Below, one piece after another: positions 1 to 13,782 of a DNA stretch of 64,000 bases (position 1 is the first letter of the stretch; each line of letters opens with the position of its first letter). The notes beneath the pieces were generated by a model. That model did not search any database and was not told where the DNA came from. It worked only from the letters and a program-made list of their open reading frames with translations. The DNA comes from Octopus sinensis. Lineage: Eukaryota. Location: assembly GCF_006345805.1 (NCBI RefSeq), contig NC_043001.1, forward strand, positions 115,010,001 to 115,074,000. The letters are read 5' to 3'. The position numbers and the translations under genes were made by a program.

Positions 1-1029
1 CATTTTTTCATAAATTGACAGCCCTGTACCTATGTAATAAAACAAGATTATAACTATTATCGAGGTCTGCTTGCGCAGAATCGATATAACAAAGACAAAG
101 CGGCGTAGTGTAGATAGTTATGCCTCTTTACGTTCCTATTTGTACTCTCGCCAATTTTCCGTTCATCTACCTCCGTTTCTTGTAATAGGCACTAGGTGAG
201 TCCTGACATCGATCAAGTCTCATGTATACCTTCTATAAGCGCAGTACCTTATGCCAATACTAATTTTATTATTACAACCTCCTCTAGATTCGTACCAAAG
301 CCACATTTATCCCATGATTCAGGCAAATTCAAGAGGACGGTTATATGCACATGCTATGACTAAATTGTAACTGACATATTGCTTGGCAACACAACTTATT
401 TCGGTGAATATTTCCACCATTACAACAACTGATGTCGACACCATATTGTTTCGCTCTCCTTGCTGCGAATATAATAGATTTTTACTTCGCCAACAATAAA
501 TTATCCACTGTTACTAACGCACAGGAACATACAAACGTTAACAAACTGAGCGACAGATGCACACACTAATATACACATATATACTAATGCAACGGTTTAT
601 GATAAAGAGTAAGAATTATTAAATTATACATAATTGATTGATTTGCCTGTGAGGAATGAAGTGTTATTGCGTTTGTGTATAGTCCTCTATGTGTGCGCAT
701 GTAGTGTATGAATATATGTGTGTGTGTCTGTGGTGTTTGATCGAGTGTATGTGTGTGTGTGATTGTATGTATGAGTGAATGTGTGTTAATATGTTAATGT
801 TAGGAGGGATGTTAGTATTCGAGTTCGCTCACATGTAGAGGTCGTACAGCGTAGAAACAATTTCATTATAGAACTATATGTGGCGTGTGTATGGGGGGTG
901 TTGTGGAATGAATATATCTATCTATCTACCTATCTATCTACGTATGTATTAACATAGATAATAGATAGATATAGACATATATAGGTAAAGATATATAGAT
1001 ATATTGTATAAATATACATATGGAGGCAT

Positions 1030-1049
1030 GTATACGCTAATTTATGTCA

Positions 1050-1119
<70 letters not shown>

Positions 1120-1130
1120 ATGCTCATATT

Positions 1131-1165
<35 letters not shown>

Positions 1166-1213
1166 ATAAGTGTTTATATATGCGTATAGACAGAGAGAGA
1201 GAGAACCAAACAT

Positions 1214-1299
<86 letters not shown>

Positions 1300-1300
1300 G
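1030..1300. repeat. Compound microsatellite (TA)n(GA)n(TG)n(GATA)n
   Basis: Direct reading of the sequence. Confidence 0.95.
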
Positions 1301-2795
1301 AGATACAAGCATGCACATATATGTATATAAATGAAAAACTAAAATACCGGGGCACCCAATGTAGTTTTATGGAAATACGGATTTCCAGAAATACAATTAC
1401 TGGAAAATAACACTAAACAGAACTTCCTGGAATGCTCTAAAGACAAGAGATAACGTTGAAGAAGAAGAATAGAATAGTTTATAGACTACAGGAATAATAT
1501 AATTCCAGCTTGTATAGGTGGAAATATCTTAAGAAATAATATTTTGCTAATTTTGAGAAAAATATATATTCCTAGCTTCAAGATTGGCAAAATTGTACAT
1601 GTTAAAGAACTTTTCACTTGTTTCCCGCGCCATTTGGAACGACTGAAGTTTTCCTAAGTTTCAAACTCTCTCATATTCCTCTTGAGTTTTGGTTTCATCG
1701 CAGTAGGTGTGGGAATTTTGAATTCTGCTGTACTATACATTCAAGGTGAATGTAGATGTATATAGTTATGTGTGTGCGCGAGCATGTGTGTGTATGCGCA
1801 TAGATATATTTATAGCCAATGACTTGTCAGAATACACCTTGAATGTAGAGTACAGCAGAATTAAGTACAGAATTCCATGAACAAAAGTTTGACTAAAATG
1901 TTTTGTAGATTAACTGAATGAAAAATATAAATAGAATTCATTTATAGTATTCCGGAACATAGACTGTTTCTGAAAAGTGGTTCAATCTAGAAAAATCGTC
2001 AGCTAGTTCAGAAACAGCCCGAAGAAATTCAAATTTCCCAAGACTTTACACGTCCATTGCTGTGAACTCAAAAGTCCCGAGGAGTAAGACAAAGCTAGAA
2101 ACTTCGTAAACACTATATATACATTTAAGTAAATATCACGTATATACATCATTAACCGTATTAGGAAGATATTTTGAGCAATGTGAACCACGGTTTGTGA
2201 AGCTTGGATCTCGTTTCTATGGCTGTCTCAGTGCCAATATTTGTTACTCTTATAAATAGAGAATTATGAAGTGCCTATATGTTTCAGTAACTTGATATGA
2301 CTTATTTCACCATATCTAGTTTATTGGGTCATATGATTTATTTTAATTTTTCCTTCATTGAATACCCACATTATTTTACCATCCTATAACCTTGATTATA
2401 AATACAATATTGACTCTATCGTAAATTCCTTTCAAACAATATTTGAAATCGATACAAAAAAACTATCAGTAGCCTTATCTTTAATTACTGTTGCCCTTCT
2501 TTTGAAAATATTGTCTTCCTGTTGAATATTCATGAGTTATATTAATTATATATGTTTTTATATCAATTAATCTTGCGAATTTTTAAAAACAAAATAGTTG
2601 AGTGAATTTGTGAGACAATAATTTGAGTGGTCGAGACAATTTTATCTGACCCATATTCTGTTTCGTTTGAACAGAAGACGAGTCTCGACGGCAGAATTCA
2701 TACAACTCTATGTATGAACGGTTGGGGTTGGTAAATAGAGTATGTTCGTGAATGAGTAGCTTATACATCGTGATGGGTCATTACTTATGATGTTT

Positions 2796-3207
2796 AAGGC
2801 GGCGAACTGACAGAAACTTTAGTACGCCGAGCGAAATGTTTAGCGGTATTTCGTCTGCCGTAACGTTCCGAGTTCAAATTCCGCCGCGGTCGACTTTGCC
2901 TTTCATACTTTCGGGGTCGATTAAATAAATAAGTACCAGTTACGCACTGGGGTCGATATAATCGACTTAATCCATTTGTTTGTCCTTGTTTGTCTCTCTC
3001 TCTGTGTTTAGCCCCTTGTGGGTAGTAAAGAAATAGGTATTTCGTCTGTCTTTGCGTTCTGAGTTCAAATTGCGCCAAGTTACACTTTGCCTTTCATCAT
3101 TTGGGGGTCGATAAATTAAGTAAAAGTTGCGTACTGGGGTCGATCTAATCGACTGGACTCCTCCCCCAAAATTTCGGGCTTTGTGCCTAGAGTAGAAAAG
3201 ATTATTT
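2796..3207 (+). mobile_element. tRNA-derived SINE family A, head plus duplicated body
   Basis: Head GGCGGCGAACTGACAGAAAC, B-box-like GAGTTCAAATTCC. A second body starts at ~3037 after GTAGTAAAGAAATA. Confidence 0.85.
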
Positions 3208-3954
3208 ATGATACCTAATAAAGTTTCTTAATACAGTCCAATAATGCAATACGTGAGAAGATATATATAACTCCTTCACTTAACATAATATGTTTGATAT
3301 GTATATGCCAGCTAACCAATATGGGGAAACTTCGGATGCAGTATTTGCAATGTTTCGTCGAGTAAAAGAGTGATGTCAAGCGTTAGTAACGTGAATAAAT
3401 TTATTAGAGCAAAATCATAGAATTGTGCTTTGCCAACACCATCACCGTCAGACAAATCAGACAACTAAGTTAGACACTGTGAATAATATAGGAGTTTTAT
3501 TAATAATTATTATTAATTTAATGTGAAAAGAAAAAGAGAGTAACCGACACCTAATGAAATGGTAATAATCTTTGAAACTAGTCAGGTCGGTCTATTTTCT
3601 GGGCATATGGAAAAATTATATCGTCCATCCATATAGTCGGCAAGGTTAAAATGAAGCTATATATGCTTCGCGGTTAAACACATATGGCTGCGTACATTCT
3701 TGAAACCATATGTACAAACACATACATGCACGAACTACACACACGTGCACACACGCACGCACACACAAACACACAAGCGTGTCAGTATATATATATACAT
3801 ACATATATATATGTCTATATATATATATATATATACGTACGTATGCATTTATAGATTGCTAAAATAAAATTTTGATTTATATGTCATGTTCTCTTTTCAA
3901 GCATTACAAATAGCAAATATGTATACACATCTATATGAAAATCATGTGCGTGTG

Positions 3955-3985
<31 letters not shown>

Positions 3986-4637
3986 GTATATATATCTAAA
4001 TATATATATATATATATGTAAGTGCGTTTATGTATATATGTATGTATATACATATATATATATAAATCTACGTGTGGGTGCGCTCATGGGTGTCAGTGAG
4101 TGGGGATGTGTGTTTTTGTCTGTCTGTCTGGGTAAATTGATAAATGCTTTACAACCACATATGCCCTAAGGAAGATTTCAAATGATAACTACCGCATACA
4201 ACAAACGTGTTTCACAAGAGAGATTACGCTTTCAACTTATATGACTGTATTATTGTTATACGTATGCTTTCAGTCAGATTATGTATATACGAGGCTGTAT
4301 AGCAATACACAGACAATAAACTATCTGGGGGTCTAGATTTTATCAACTTTTTCTCTTTAAAGAATATACATTCAAGATGTTTTCAGAGTAAATGTACAAA
4401 TATTTTCTTTTAATGGTGTAATTAAATTATATGGTCTACAGCAGATTACATAATGGTATTCAATCAAACATTGTTATAATCATAGTCACACATGCAAACT
4501 TACACACATACACACATGACTGTAATATATAAATGTGGGTGTTTATGTATACTATAAGTATATAATGTCTATCTATAAATATATATACATATACATATAT
4601 ACATATATGTATATAAATTTATATATACATATGTATA

Positions 4638-4870
4638 GACGGCGAGCTGGCAGACACGTTAGCGCTTCCGGGCGAAATGCTTAGCGGTATTTCGTCTGTC
4701 GTTACGTTCTGAGTTCAAATTCCGCTGAGGTTAACTTTGCCTTTCATCCTTTCGGGGTCGATGAATAAAGTACCAGTTTCGCACTGGGGGCGATATAATC
4801 GACTCAATCCCTTCGTCTGTCCTTGTTTGTCCCCTCTATGTTTAGCTCCTTGTAGGCAGTAAAGAAATAT
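4638..4870 (+). mobile_element. SINE family A
   Basis: Same head and body as 2796-3035. Confidence 0.85.
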
Positions 4871-4904
4871 ATATATATATATAATTATAAAAATATATAT
4901 GGAT

Positions 4905-4955
<51 letters not shown>

Positions 4956-4992
4956 ATATATTATATATATATATATGTATATATAGTATATA

Positions 4993-5214
4993 CAGGGTGG
5001 CCCAAAGTAGGTTTACAGTTATCACGTAGGCCACTTTAAATTTCTTTTAAACATTTCGTTACATTTGAATTTCTATCTTGCAAACTGAAAAGGGAACTAA
5101 ACTGGCACAGAATGATGGTTTCATATTTTTTATCAATAATTAAGATCGAAACTGTTAATACATGAATCAGAAAGTGATAGTTTAATAACTGTAGACCTAC
5201 TTCTGGTCACTCTG
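4993..5214. mobile_element. Tc1/mariner-type MITE (~220 bp)
   Basis: ~30-bp TIRs CAGGGTGGCCCAAAGTAGGTTTACAGTTAT / ATAACTGTAGACCTACTTCTGGTCACTCTG, with TA on the left. Confidence 0.75.
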
Positions 5215-5260
5215 TGCATATGCATGTATATGTAGTATATATATTATATTATATTGTGTG

Positions 5261-5337
<77 letters not shown>

Positions 5338-5388
5338 TATGAAAAAACAAGTAAAAAATAGAAAATGAAAATAATTTTATAGTGAACA

Positions 5389-5432
5389 TTTCAGTACCGG
5401 TTTCGGTCATTTTGAGACCTTTTCAACTGTAA
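5389..5432 (-). ncRNA. Minimal type I hammerhead ribozyme, U3-A8 core variant
   Basis: Minus strand reads UUACAG-UUGAAAA-GGUC(UCAAAAU)GACC-GAAA-CCGG-UA/CUGAAA. Stem II has 4 bp, loop III is the palindrome CCGG, the cleavage triplet is GUA, and stem I is CAG/CUG plus 2 bp. Confidence 0.75.
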
Positions 5433-6190
5433 CGATTAAATAATTAAATTTAGAAAAATTAGAAGAAAAGTTTTCTTAAAGAATATTTCTATAGTAGTGT
5501 TCAGATTTAGTGGCATTCTGCCTTTCTCTGACTCCCTTGTTTGCACTTGTGTGTTCGAGGTAGTGTGAGTTCTTGGTAGGGTAGTAGAGGGAAGCTGGTG
5601 GGAAAGGGGGGTGGGAGAATCTGGGAGTGCCTGATGATGGTCGTATTTTGAATGGTCAGTGGCGGCTGGCAGTCTCAGTTCAATTCAGGAGAATATTTAT
5701 ATTGACAGGCTTGTTTATAGAATTAGCGTAGGTGTTATACTAAAAAACATTAGTGACAAACTTAAGGGGTAGGGGGTGGAGAAGAAGAAGAAGAAGAAGA
5801 GAAGAAGAAGAAGAAGGAGAAGGAGAAGAAGATGATGGTGGATGGTGGTGATGATTATGACGACGATGATGATGATAACGATGATGATGAAGAAGAAGAA
5901 GGAGGAGAAGGAGAAGATGGTGGTGATGATGGTGGCGATGATGATGACGCCGATGATGATGATAACGATGATGATGAAGAAGAAGAAGAAGAAAAAACAG
6001 AGAAGGGAGAATATTAATGGTGTGTAATATAGCTATGAAGGGGCTGATTAGTAATGGATTCTATGGAGTGTAGTATTTGTGTGTGTATATATATTTTTTT
6101 TCTTTTATTCTAAAGTTGAGGTATATTAATTGTTTGTCGTAGACCCGTTAAGAAGTGGCTTGTATTTTGTAATAAAGAGATTTTCTTTAC

Positions 6191-7096
6191 TTATTCTTTG
6201 TCTCGAGGTTGTATCGTCCCTAAATTGGTAGAGGGGGAAAATTCTGAAGTTGGTGTTTTTTTGTTGGCGCAAGTATCTATGTGTTGGCTAAAAGCTATTT
6301 TTCTGTTTTGGGGAATTTTTATCTGGGATCTGTGCAGGGCCATTCGTTTACGCAAACCATTTTTTGTTTGGCCTATGTACTGCTCTTGACCCCCGGAGCA
6401 GGTTAGTGAGTATATTAGGTTCTCCGAAGCACATGTGAAGTTGCTTTTCACTGTAAACCGTTGTCCCTGTTTGAAGGAGAACTCAGAACCCTCGATTAGA
6501 TAGTCGCATATCCCGCAATTGGGTCTTCCACATTTTTTTACTGTCGGCTTCTGTGTTGAAGAGTGAATTCGGGCTTGTGTAAGGAGACTTTTCATGGATC
6601 TAGGCTGTCTTTTGCTTTTTATGATCGTGTGTGTTTGGAGGATTGTGTTCATTCTGTGGTCTTTTTTTAGGAGGGGTATGTTGTGGAGGATGGTGTCGAA
6701 GGCTTCGTTATTGAGAGGGTTGTGTGTGGAGATGTATGGTAAGGCTTTTGGTTGTAAGTTTTTCTTTGATTTGGGATGTCTCAGTTCCTTGATGTTAAGT
6801 TGAAGGGCACGTTGAATGCACTTGTCAATAAGTGAAGGTGGATAGTTCCTGGTGATTAGGGTATCTTTTAGTTCTTGTAGTCGTGTGTCTCTGGTGTTTG
6901 CGTTAGAGACTATAGTGCATATCCTTTTTGCTAGATTGAAGGGGATATTCATCCTGGTGGTGTCTGGGGTGGCATGATTGAATGGAAGATATTGCTTAGA
7001 GTCTGTAGGCTTATAGTATATGTCTGTTTCTATTATATTATTAGCTTTCTTAATAAGGATATCGAGGAAGGGGAGTTGTTGTTGGCTATATTCCAT
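6191..7096 (-). pseudogene. PLE ORF fragment: RT C-terminus plus GIY-YIG endonuclease
   Basis: 301-aa ORF containing LPFLDILI, IYYKPTDSKQYL, NIPFNLAKRICTIVS, CGRPNCGIC and LIYSLTCSGGQEQYIGQT. Upstream RT parts lie in other frames (7403-7687). Confidence 0.85.
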
Positions 7097-7791
7097 CGTG
7101 AATTGGATGTTTACGTCCAGTCCGTTTAAAATTTTCTGGAATTCTATGAGTTTTTCTATATTTTTATGCCAAAGATGAAACAGTCATCTAGATATCTCTT
7201 CCAGTTGTTTTCTATGTAGATGGAGAAAGGGCTGCCATATCTTTCTAGAACCTTACGATACAGACTGATCTCTAGGTATCCTATGACTAGGTTGGCAAAG
7301 GAGGGGGCCATTCGTGTACCCATCGAGTCCCCGATTTTTGTCGGTAGAAGTTGTCATTGAAGGCGAAGAATTTATTTTCCAGGATGAATTTAACCCCTTC
7401 TATCACAAATCTTTTTTGATGCGGTGTGGTAGTTCGTTGGCGTGATTCTCTATCCAGAATTGGATTGTCTCTAGTCCTAGGTTGTGGGGGATATTGGAGT
7501 AGAGGTTGACTACATCGAAGGATACCAGTATGGTGTTTTTGTTTATAGTATTCGGTAGGTGATTAAGCATATCTAAGTCGTCCCTTATATAGCTTTTGAC
7601 ATGTTTGAGGAGTGGTTTTAACAGGGTGTCTAAAAAGTTACTGAGGCGGTGGGTTTCGCATGCGGGACCTGCTATTATGGGTCTCATTTGAGGTCATTAG
7701 GATTAGGGACTTTAATTATTTTGTCTGTAGCTATCTTGAATGCGTTGCTTATTTTTCACTTTTGTGGATCTTAGGTATACCGTAGAATTGG

Positions 7792-7826
<35 letters not shown>

Positions 7827-7930
7827 ATAGCACGTTGAAGTTACCGACCATAGGGCATAAACTCCGTGCCTTAGTGCGGAAATTTGAAGTTTAATATACT
7901 AAGTATTCAGGTCTATTCTTTCCTATACTA

Positions 7931-7987
<57 letters not shown>

Positions 7988-8048
7988 TATAGTATATATA
8001 TATATATATATATAATATATATATATATATACATATATACTATATATA

Positions 8049-9329
8049 CGAGGGGCGTTCAATAAGTAATGCCCCTGACCCCTTCCCATAGCAGTAGAGC
8101 AACGAAACTTGGCACAGTTATTAGTCTTTTTCTACATCGCAACCAGCCAGAGTTACGCATTTCTCCCATTGTTTGATGCAGCTCTGGAGACCGTTTTTGT
8201 AGAAGACCTCAGCTTGGTACTCCAACCTGGACGTGACTTCAGAAATCAAGGCTGCATCATCTGGGAAACGCTTTCCTTTCAGAAACAACTTCATGACTGG
8301 GAAGAGGTGAAAATCAGAGGGTGCAAGGTCAGGAAAGTAGGGGGATGGGGGGGAGGAGTTCATACCATACGCCTGTGCTTCTGATCTGGCGACAAGCGAG
8401 TTGTGGACCGGAGCGTTGTCCTGCAGGAGGAGGATGCCTTTGCTGATCTTGCCTCGCCTCTTGATTTTGATAACTTCTCTTAATTTCCTCAAAAGTGAAG
8501 CATAATAGGCTCTTGCAATTGTGGTACTCTTTGCCAGGAAATCTGTCATCACTACTCCGTCCTGGTCCCAGAAGACTGTGAACATGACCTTGCCAGCGGA
8601 GGGCTGCACACTTAACTTCTTTGGAGGGGGTGAGTCACGGTGCTTCCACTGCATTGACTGGGCTTTGGTCTCTGGATCATCGTGATGGACCCAGGTTTCA
8701 TCCTGTGTAATCAGTCTTTTGAAAAAGTTTGACTCATCTTCGTGGCACATCTCCAAATTCACCCTCGAGCACTCGACGCGTTCTTGCTTCTGGAAAGGCG
8801 CGAGCAACCTGGGAATCCATCTGGCAGACACCTTTTGCATATGCAAATGGTCATGAATGATAATTTCCACAGACCCGGTACTAATCTTGACCTCATGGGC
8901 TATTTGGCGAATAATTATGCGTCGATCTTCCAAAATGGCAGCCTCAACTTGACGGACAGATGCCTCATCAATGGCAGAAGGGGCGACCAGATCTGGGAGC
9001 TGTTTCCACAGAGTTCCGACCATGTTTGAATTCACGATGCCAGCGTTTTACAAGGTCATATGATGGGGCATCATCACCATAAGTTACTTTCATTTCATCC
9101 CGTGGTGTGCGTCCTTTCAAATACAAAAACCGGATCACTGCTCGACACTCAACAGGCTCCATTTCACACTTGACTCGGTTCAAACACCTGTAAATCAGAA
9201 TCCACAATTAATTCAGAGGTGTAATTTGCCACTTACTCTATAGAGATATAAATGGTTGCACATGCAAAATTTCAGCTAGATCAAACAACTGCAAGTGGGG
9301 CAGAGACATTACTCATTGAACGTCCCTCG
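8049..9329 (-). mobile_element. Full-length mariner (DD34D) DNA transposon, 1281 bp
   Basis: TIRs CGAGGGGCGTTCAATAAGTAATG / CATTACTCATTGAACGTCCCTCG, with TA on both sides. The transposase carries ITQDETW, LQDNAPVH and PDLAPSD, with 34 residues between D2 and D3. Confidence 0.97.
8121..9170 (-). pseudogene. Mariner transposase, frameshifted near the N-terminus
   Basis: The N-terminus MEPVECRAVIRFLYLKG..RSGRP (ORF 8968-9207) is in a different frame from the 304-aa catalytic ORF 8121-9035. Confidence 0.9.
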
Positions 9330-9397
9330 TATATATATATATATAATATATATAATATATATATATATAATATATATATATATATTACACATATATG

Positions 9398-9443
<46 letters not shown>

Positions 9444-9555
9444 ACACACACATATTTAATGTAGATAGATGAAAGAGAAATATTGTTCAATATATAAGAT
9501 ATTAGCGTATACATACAGATACATACATACATTATATATATATGTATATATATAG

Positions 9556-9587
<32 letters not shown>

Positions 9588-9609
9588 TATATACATACAT
9601 ATATATAAT

Positions 9610-9657
<48 letters not shown>

Positions 9658-10271
9658 TATATATATCAAATATACGTTTGTGAAGTATTTGTTGATTCTC
9701 ACGTCCCTAGTACGACACAACGTTTGCAGTGAGTGCCACTGCGTAGCGTCGGGTGAACAGTTCTCATTCGCCCAATGATATATTTGTGTGTTTGCGTGTA
9801 AATATATATATATATATATGTACATATATATATATATATCTATATTACATATATATATATTATATATATATATACATTTGTCTATATGTATGTATATATG
9901 TATGTATGTATGTATGCGTGTATAATTTAGGACAAACAGTAACTTGTCATTATAGTACTCGGAGTCTTGAATGTCGGCGCGAAGCGGTACGATGCATTCT
10001 CGTCGACCACTGGGGCAATAGAAGCCATGAAACACAGTTGAATAAAAGAAAAATTAGTCTAATAGGTTGAAGAAAAAGAAAAATAGAAAATCCATAAAAA
10101 ATACACGTGACCCTATTCTCAAAATACATAGACGTAAAACCTCCTGCGTTCATAACGTTTACATACGTACATACTCACACAAACATGTATATATACATAC
10201 ACTTACACACACAAACATATATGTGTATGTATGTATCATACATACACACATATCCACACACACGCGCACAC

Positions 10272-10306
<35 letters not shown>

Positions 10307-10419
10307 CATGTATATTACACGCAACTTCATCCTTATATACACATAGGTGCCTGCATGCATGCATATATATTAAAATATTTATACGATATATAATATATAT
10401 ATATATTATATATATATAT

Positions 10420-10464
<45 letters not shown>

Positions 10465-11199
10465 GTGTTTATAACTGCTTGCATCAATGTATATCAAAAC
10501 ATTGTTTTGAGAATCGGGTATCATCGATTTATCGACATAAACATTCAACATTAATAAAATATTTTATCTCTACTTTACTATGAATATTGTGTCTTCTCTC
10601 CAGCGTATGTTTGATATGTATCGGGCCTTATCAGGCAATATTATGATAATTGAAGCATGCAAACCAATTTAAAAAATTAATATTATATTACATCATAGCA
10701 TGTTGATAAATATTCTAAAGAACGGTGATATCTAATCTAGACTTTGTTCCTATCTGTTGTATCTAATCTAGAACATAGAAAGCAAGCCAAGATTTGAACT
10801 CAGAATTTATTTAGACAGAAACTCTAAGATGACATGAAATTTAACTGATGAACTACGGCGCCTGAATCACAGTCGTTACCGTTCTATAAAGATTACTTAA
10901 TGTAGAATACGAACATAAATAGACGAAGTGATTAAAAAGTAGCACCCAGTTTCAGGGAAGACATGCCTTTCTTTGTTGTTTTGTAGGTTATTACTGACAA
11001 TTCTGAAAGTTATTAAATCTGAATGATATATCATGTTGTTAATACTCTTTGGTATCCCAAACCCGTTAGACAATTAAGAATCAAAAGTATCTCCCAATCG
11101 GGAAGTCTACAGGTAAACCCTAATACAGGAATAGGGCGCTACTTCTGTGTGTGTGTGTGTCTACATATATATATATACATATTATTAATATATATATGT

Positions 11200-11301
<102 letters not shown>

Positions 11302-11371
11302 TGTATGTATGTATGTATGTATGTATGTATACATATATATTCAGATATTTTCATAATATAAACGTTATAGC

Positions 11372-11556
11372 CGCAGGAGTAGTTATGTGGTAAGAAACTT
11401 TCTTCCCTACCCCACGATTACGGTTTCAGTTCCACTGCGTGGCACATTCGGAAGTGTCTTCTACTATAGCCTCGGGCCGACCAGGGCCTTGTGAATGGAT
11501 TTGGTAGACGGAAAACTGAAAGAAGCCCGTCGTATATATATATACATATATGTATG

Positions 11557-11625
<69 letters not shown>

Positions 11626-11632
11626 TATATAT

Positions 11633-11663
<31 letters not shown>

Positions 11664-11905
11664 CATGTATATGAGTATGTATGTATCGTGTGTCTGTATG
11701 TATGTATTCCTTGTTACCCCACCTTCGCTTGATACCAATGTTGGTGTGTTTACGTCTTTGTAGCTTAGCGATTCGGCAAAAACGGACCGATAGAATAAGT
11801 ACTAGGTTCACAAAGAATAAGTCCTGGGGTCGATCTGCTTGACTAAAGGCGGTGCTCCACCATGGCCGCAGTCAAATGACTGAAAGATGTAAAAAATAGA
11901 AGAAT
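11372..11905 (+). mobile_element. tRNA-derived SINE family B with central (TA)n
   Basis: tRNA-like head GCAGGAGT..GTGGTAAG..GGTTTCAGTTCCACTGCGTGGCAC, then GAAAGAAGCCCGTCG-(TA)n, then tail GCAGTCAAATGACTGAAA. Confidence 0.85.
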
Positions 11906-13022
11906 AATCATTCTCATACTTAATATGTTTCTTGTTGAATGCTTGTAATTGGTATTCTAGTTCACACCAGTGCCATTTCGATTTGCCTAACTTTAAAGTA
12001 CCCAAGTACCAGTTTGAAAGCACATTAGACGAAATTTCCCAACTACCGGCGTTTTAACAATACATGTACATAAAAGTGAGTTATACTGATAATGTATACG
12101 TGTGTGCGCGTGTGCGTGTGTGTCTCTCTGTGCCTGTGTGTGTCTGTGCCTGAGTGGGCGCGCGTATGTGATATGATTATTGTGATACGTTGTGATATGT
12201 ATGACTACCGTGTGAGCATATGCATCAAAAATACAAACACACACACAGATATATATATGTATGTGTATGTGTACACACACACATACACACACACACATAT
12301 GTGTAATAGTAAACCATCACGTGACTTAGTAAATGTTACTATTGCTCAGGTCCGAAGAGACACTTTGGCACCTGAGCTAAAAAAGCAACGGCGTAGAAAA
12401 TTATACATGAACGACGCCGTACAGACGCATATGGTTATTTCGCGCCAAAGTTCATACACGTATGCCAACGTATAAGCAAGGACTAACACTTACTATATAT
12501 ATATAGGGAAAGAGATATAGGCATGTAAGTATTATTTGTCTCTGAGAGTGTTTATATATGCATGCACATGAATGATGTATATATTAAATACATATAATTA
12601 ACTTGTGAATCATATACAATGTTATTTTTTAATATCATCTATCCATCTTTGTATGTTTTGTTTTTTTATGTGGGCATATGTATGAATTTGTATTTGTGTG
12701 TATGTTTAAGTATGCGTTTGTGTACTTGTACGTTTTTCCATACTTGTGCGCGTTAGTGGTTCGTGGATAAATCATCATGATAAATTCTACGTAATAAAAT
12801 AAAGAAAACTGCAAAACCCTTTAACAATATATTCAATGATAATTAATTATCCGATACTTACAGCCAATCATATAGACAATCTAACAGATGTGTACATCAG
12901 CATCTATGTTAAGTTATGCACGTCGCACTCGCGTGTGCTTATGTTGCATAACGATGTGTTTCTGTGCATATATATATATATATACATCCACACACTCACA
13001 CATACGCGCACGCACACGCACA

Positions 13023-13078
<56 letters not shown>

Positions 13079-13143
13079 GCTATATATTTCTTTGCATTTG
13101 TGTATACTTGATAATAGTCATACATATTTTTATATGTATTTAT

Positions 13144-13556
13144 ATTGGCAATCGGAAACCGTTTTCAATGGTTTTTTCTTCTTATGAGGCTGACAGAGGT
13201 AGCTAAGTTTAACCCTAGGCGTTAAGAGTCACTGATGAGGATTAGAATAGTCTACATCAAAATCCGAAATCGCTATCCGGCTAGGCACGCTGGGGACTTA
13301 CCTCCCTTTGTCAGTCACTTAAGACAGTACGTTTGTGCCTTTGTGACCTATTAATTTTGCCTTTAGGTTCTCATTGCTAATACGCCCCCCTTTATTAATT
13401 TGTCGCTTCGACTTTTACCGTTTTGGAAATCAGCACACGTTTTCAACGGTTTTTCTTATGAGAGTGACAGAGGTAGCAAAGTTTAACACTAGGAGTTAAG
13501 TGTCACTGATGAGGATTAAGATACTCTACATCAAAATCCGAAATCGCATTGCGTCT

Positions 13557-13557
<1 letters not shown>
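13144..13557 (+). repeat. 274-bp-period tandem repeat (1.5 units), each unit with a hammerhead-like core
   Basis: CTGATGA-GGATT(17 nt)AATCC-GAAATCGC occurs at 13232-13273 and 13506-13547. The flanking sequence is also duplicated. Confidence 0.7.
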
Positions 13558-13622
<65 letters not shown>

Positions 13623-13742
13623 GCATATATACTGTTCACGTCTTATATCTATCTCTCGTGTGTATGTTATTTGTTCCGTTTATGACCTCCTGTACCCATA
13701 TATACATATGTATGTATGTATATATATATAATATATTTACTT

Positions 13743-13782
<40 letters not shown>

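Larger units (their letters stand above)
5341..7792 (-). mobile_element. Penelope-like retroelement (PLE), 5'-truncated, copy 1
   Basis: The minus strand encodes FYGIPKIHK..LRPIIAGPACETH (RT N-term, ~7790-7650), LVSFDVVNLYSNIPH, LPFLDILI (RT C-term) and NLIYSLTC..YIGQT (GIY-YIG). A long GAA/GAT-rich 3' UTR follows, with a hammerhead near the 3' end. Both ends abut (TA)n. Confidence 0.92.

Noticed and set aside
240-420. Possible LINE endonuclease relic on the minus strand (NLVIACAYNRP)
   Set aside because: It is a single short motif with surrounding stops, too weak to call.
5832-6027. Poly-Asp/Glu and poly-Met ORFs (also 26314-26705)
   Set aside because: They are antisense readings of the GAA/GAT-rich PLE 3' UTR, present in both PLE copies.
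8742-9029. Antisense ORFs inside mariner and LINE elements (also 8109-8384, 47506-47802, 48371-49090)
   Set aside because: They are shadow ORFs opposite TE coding sequence.
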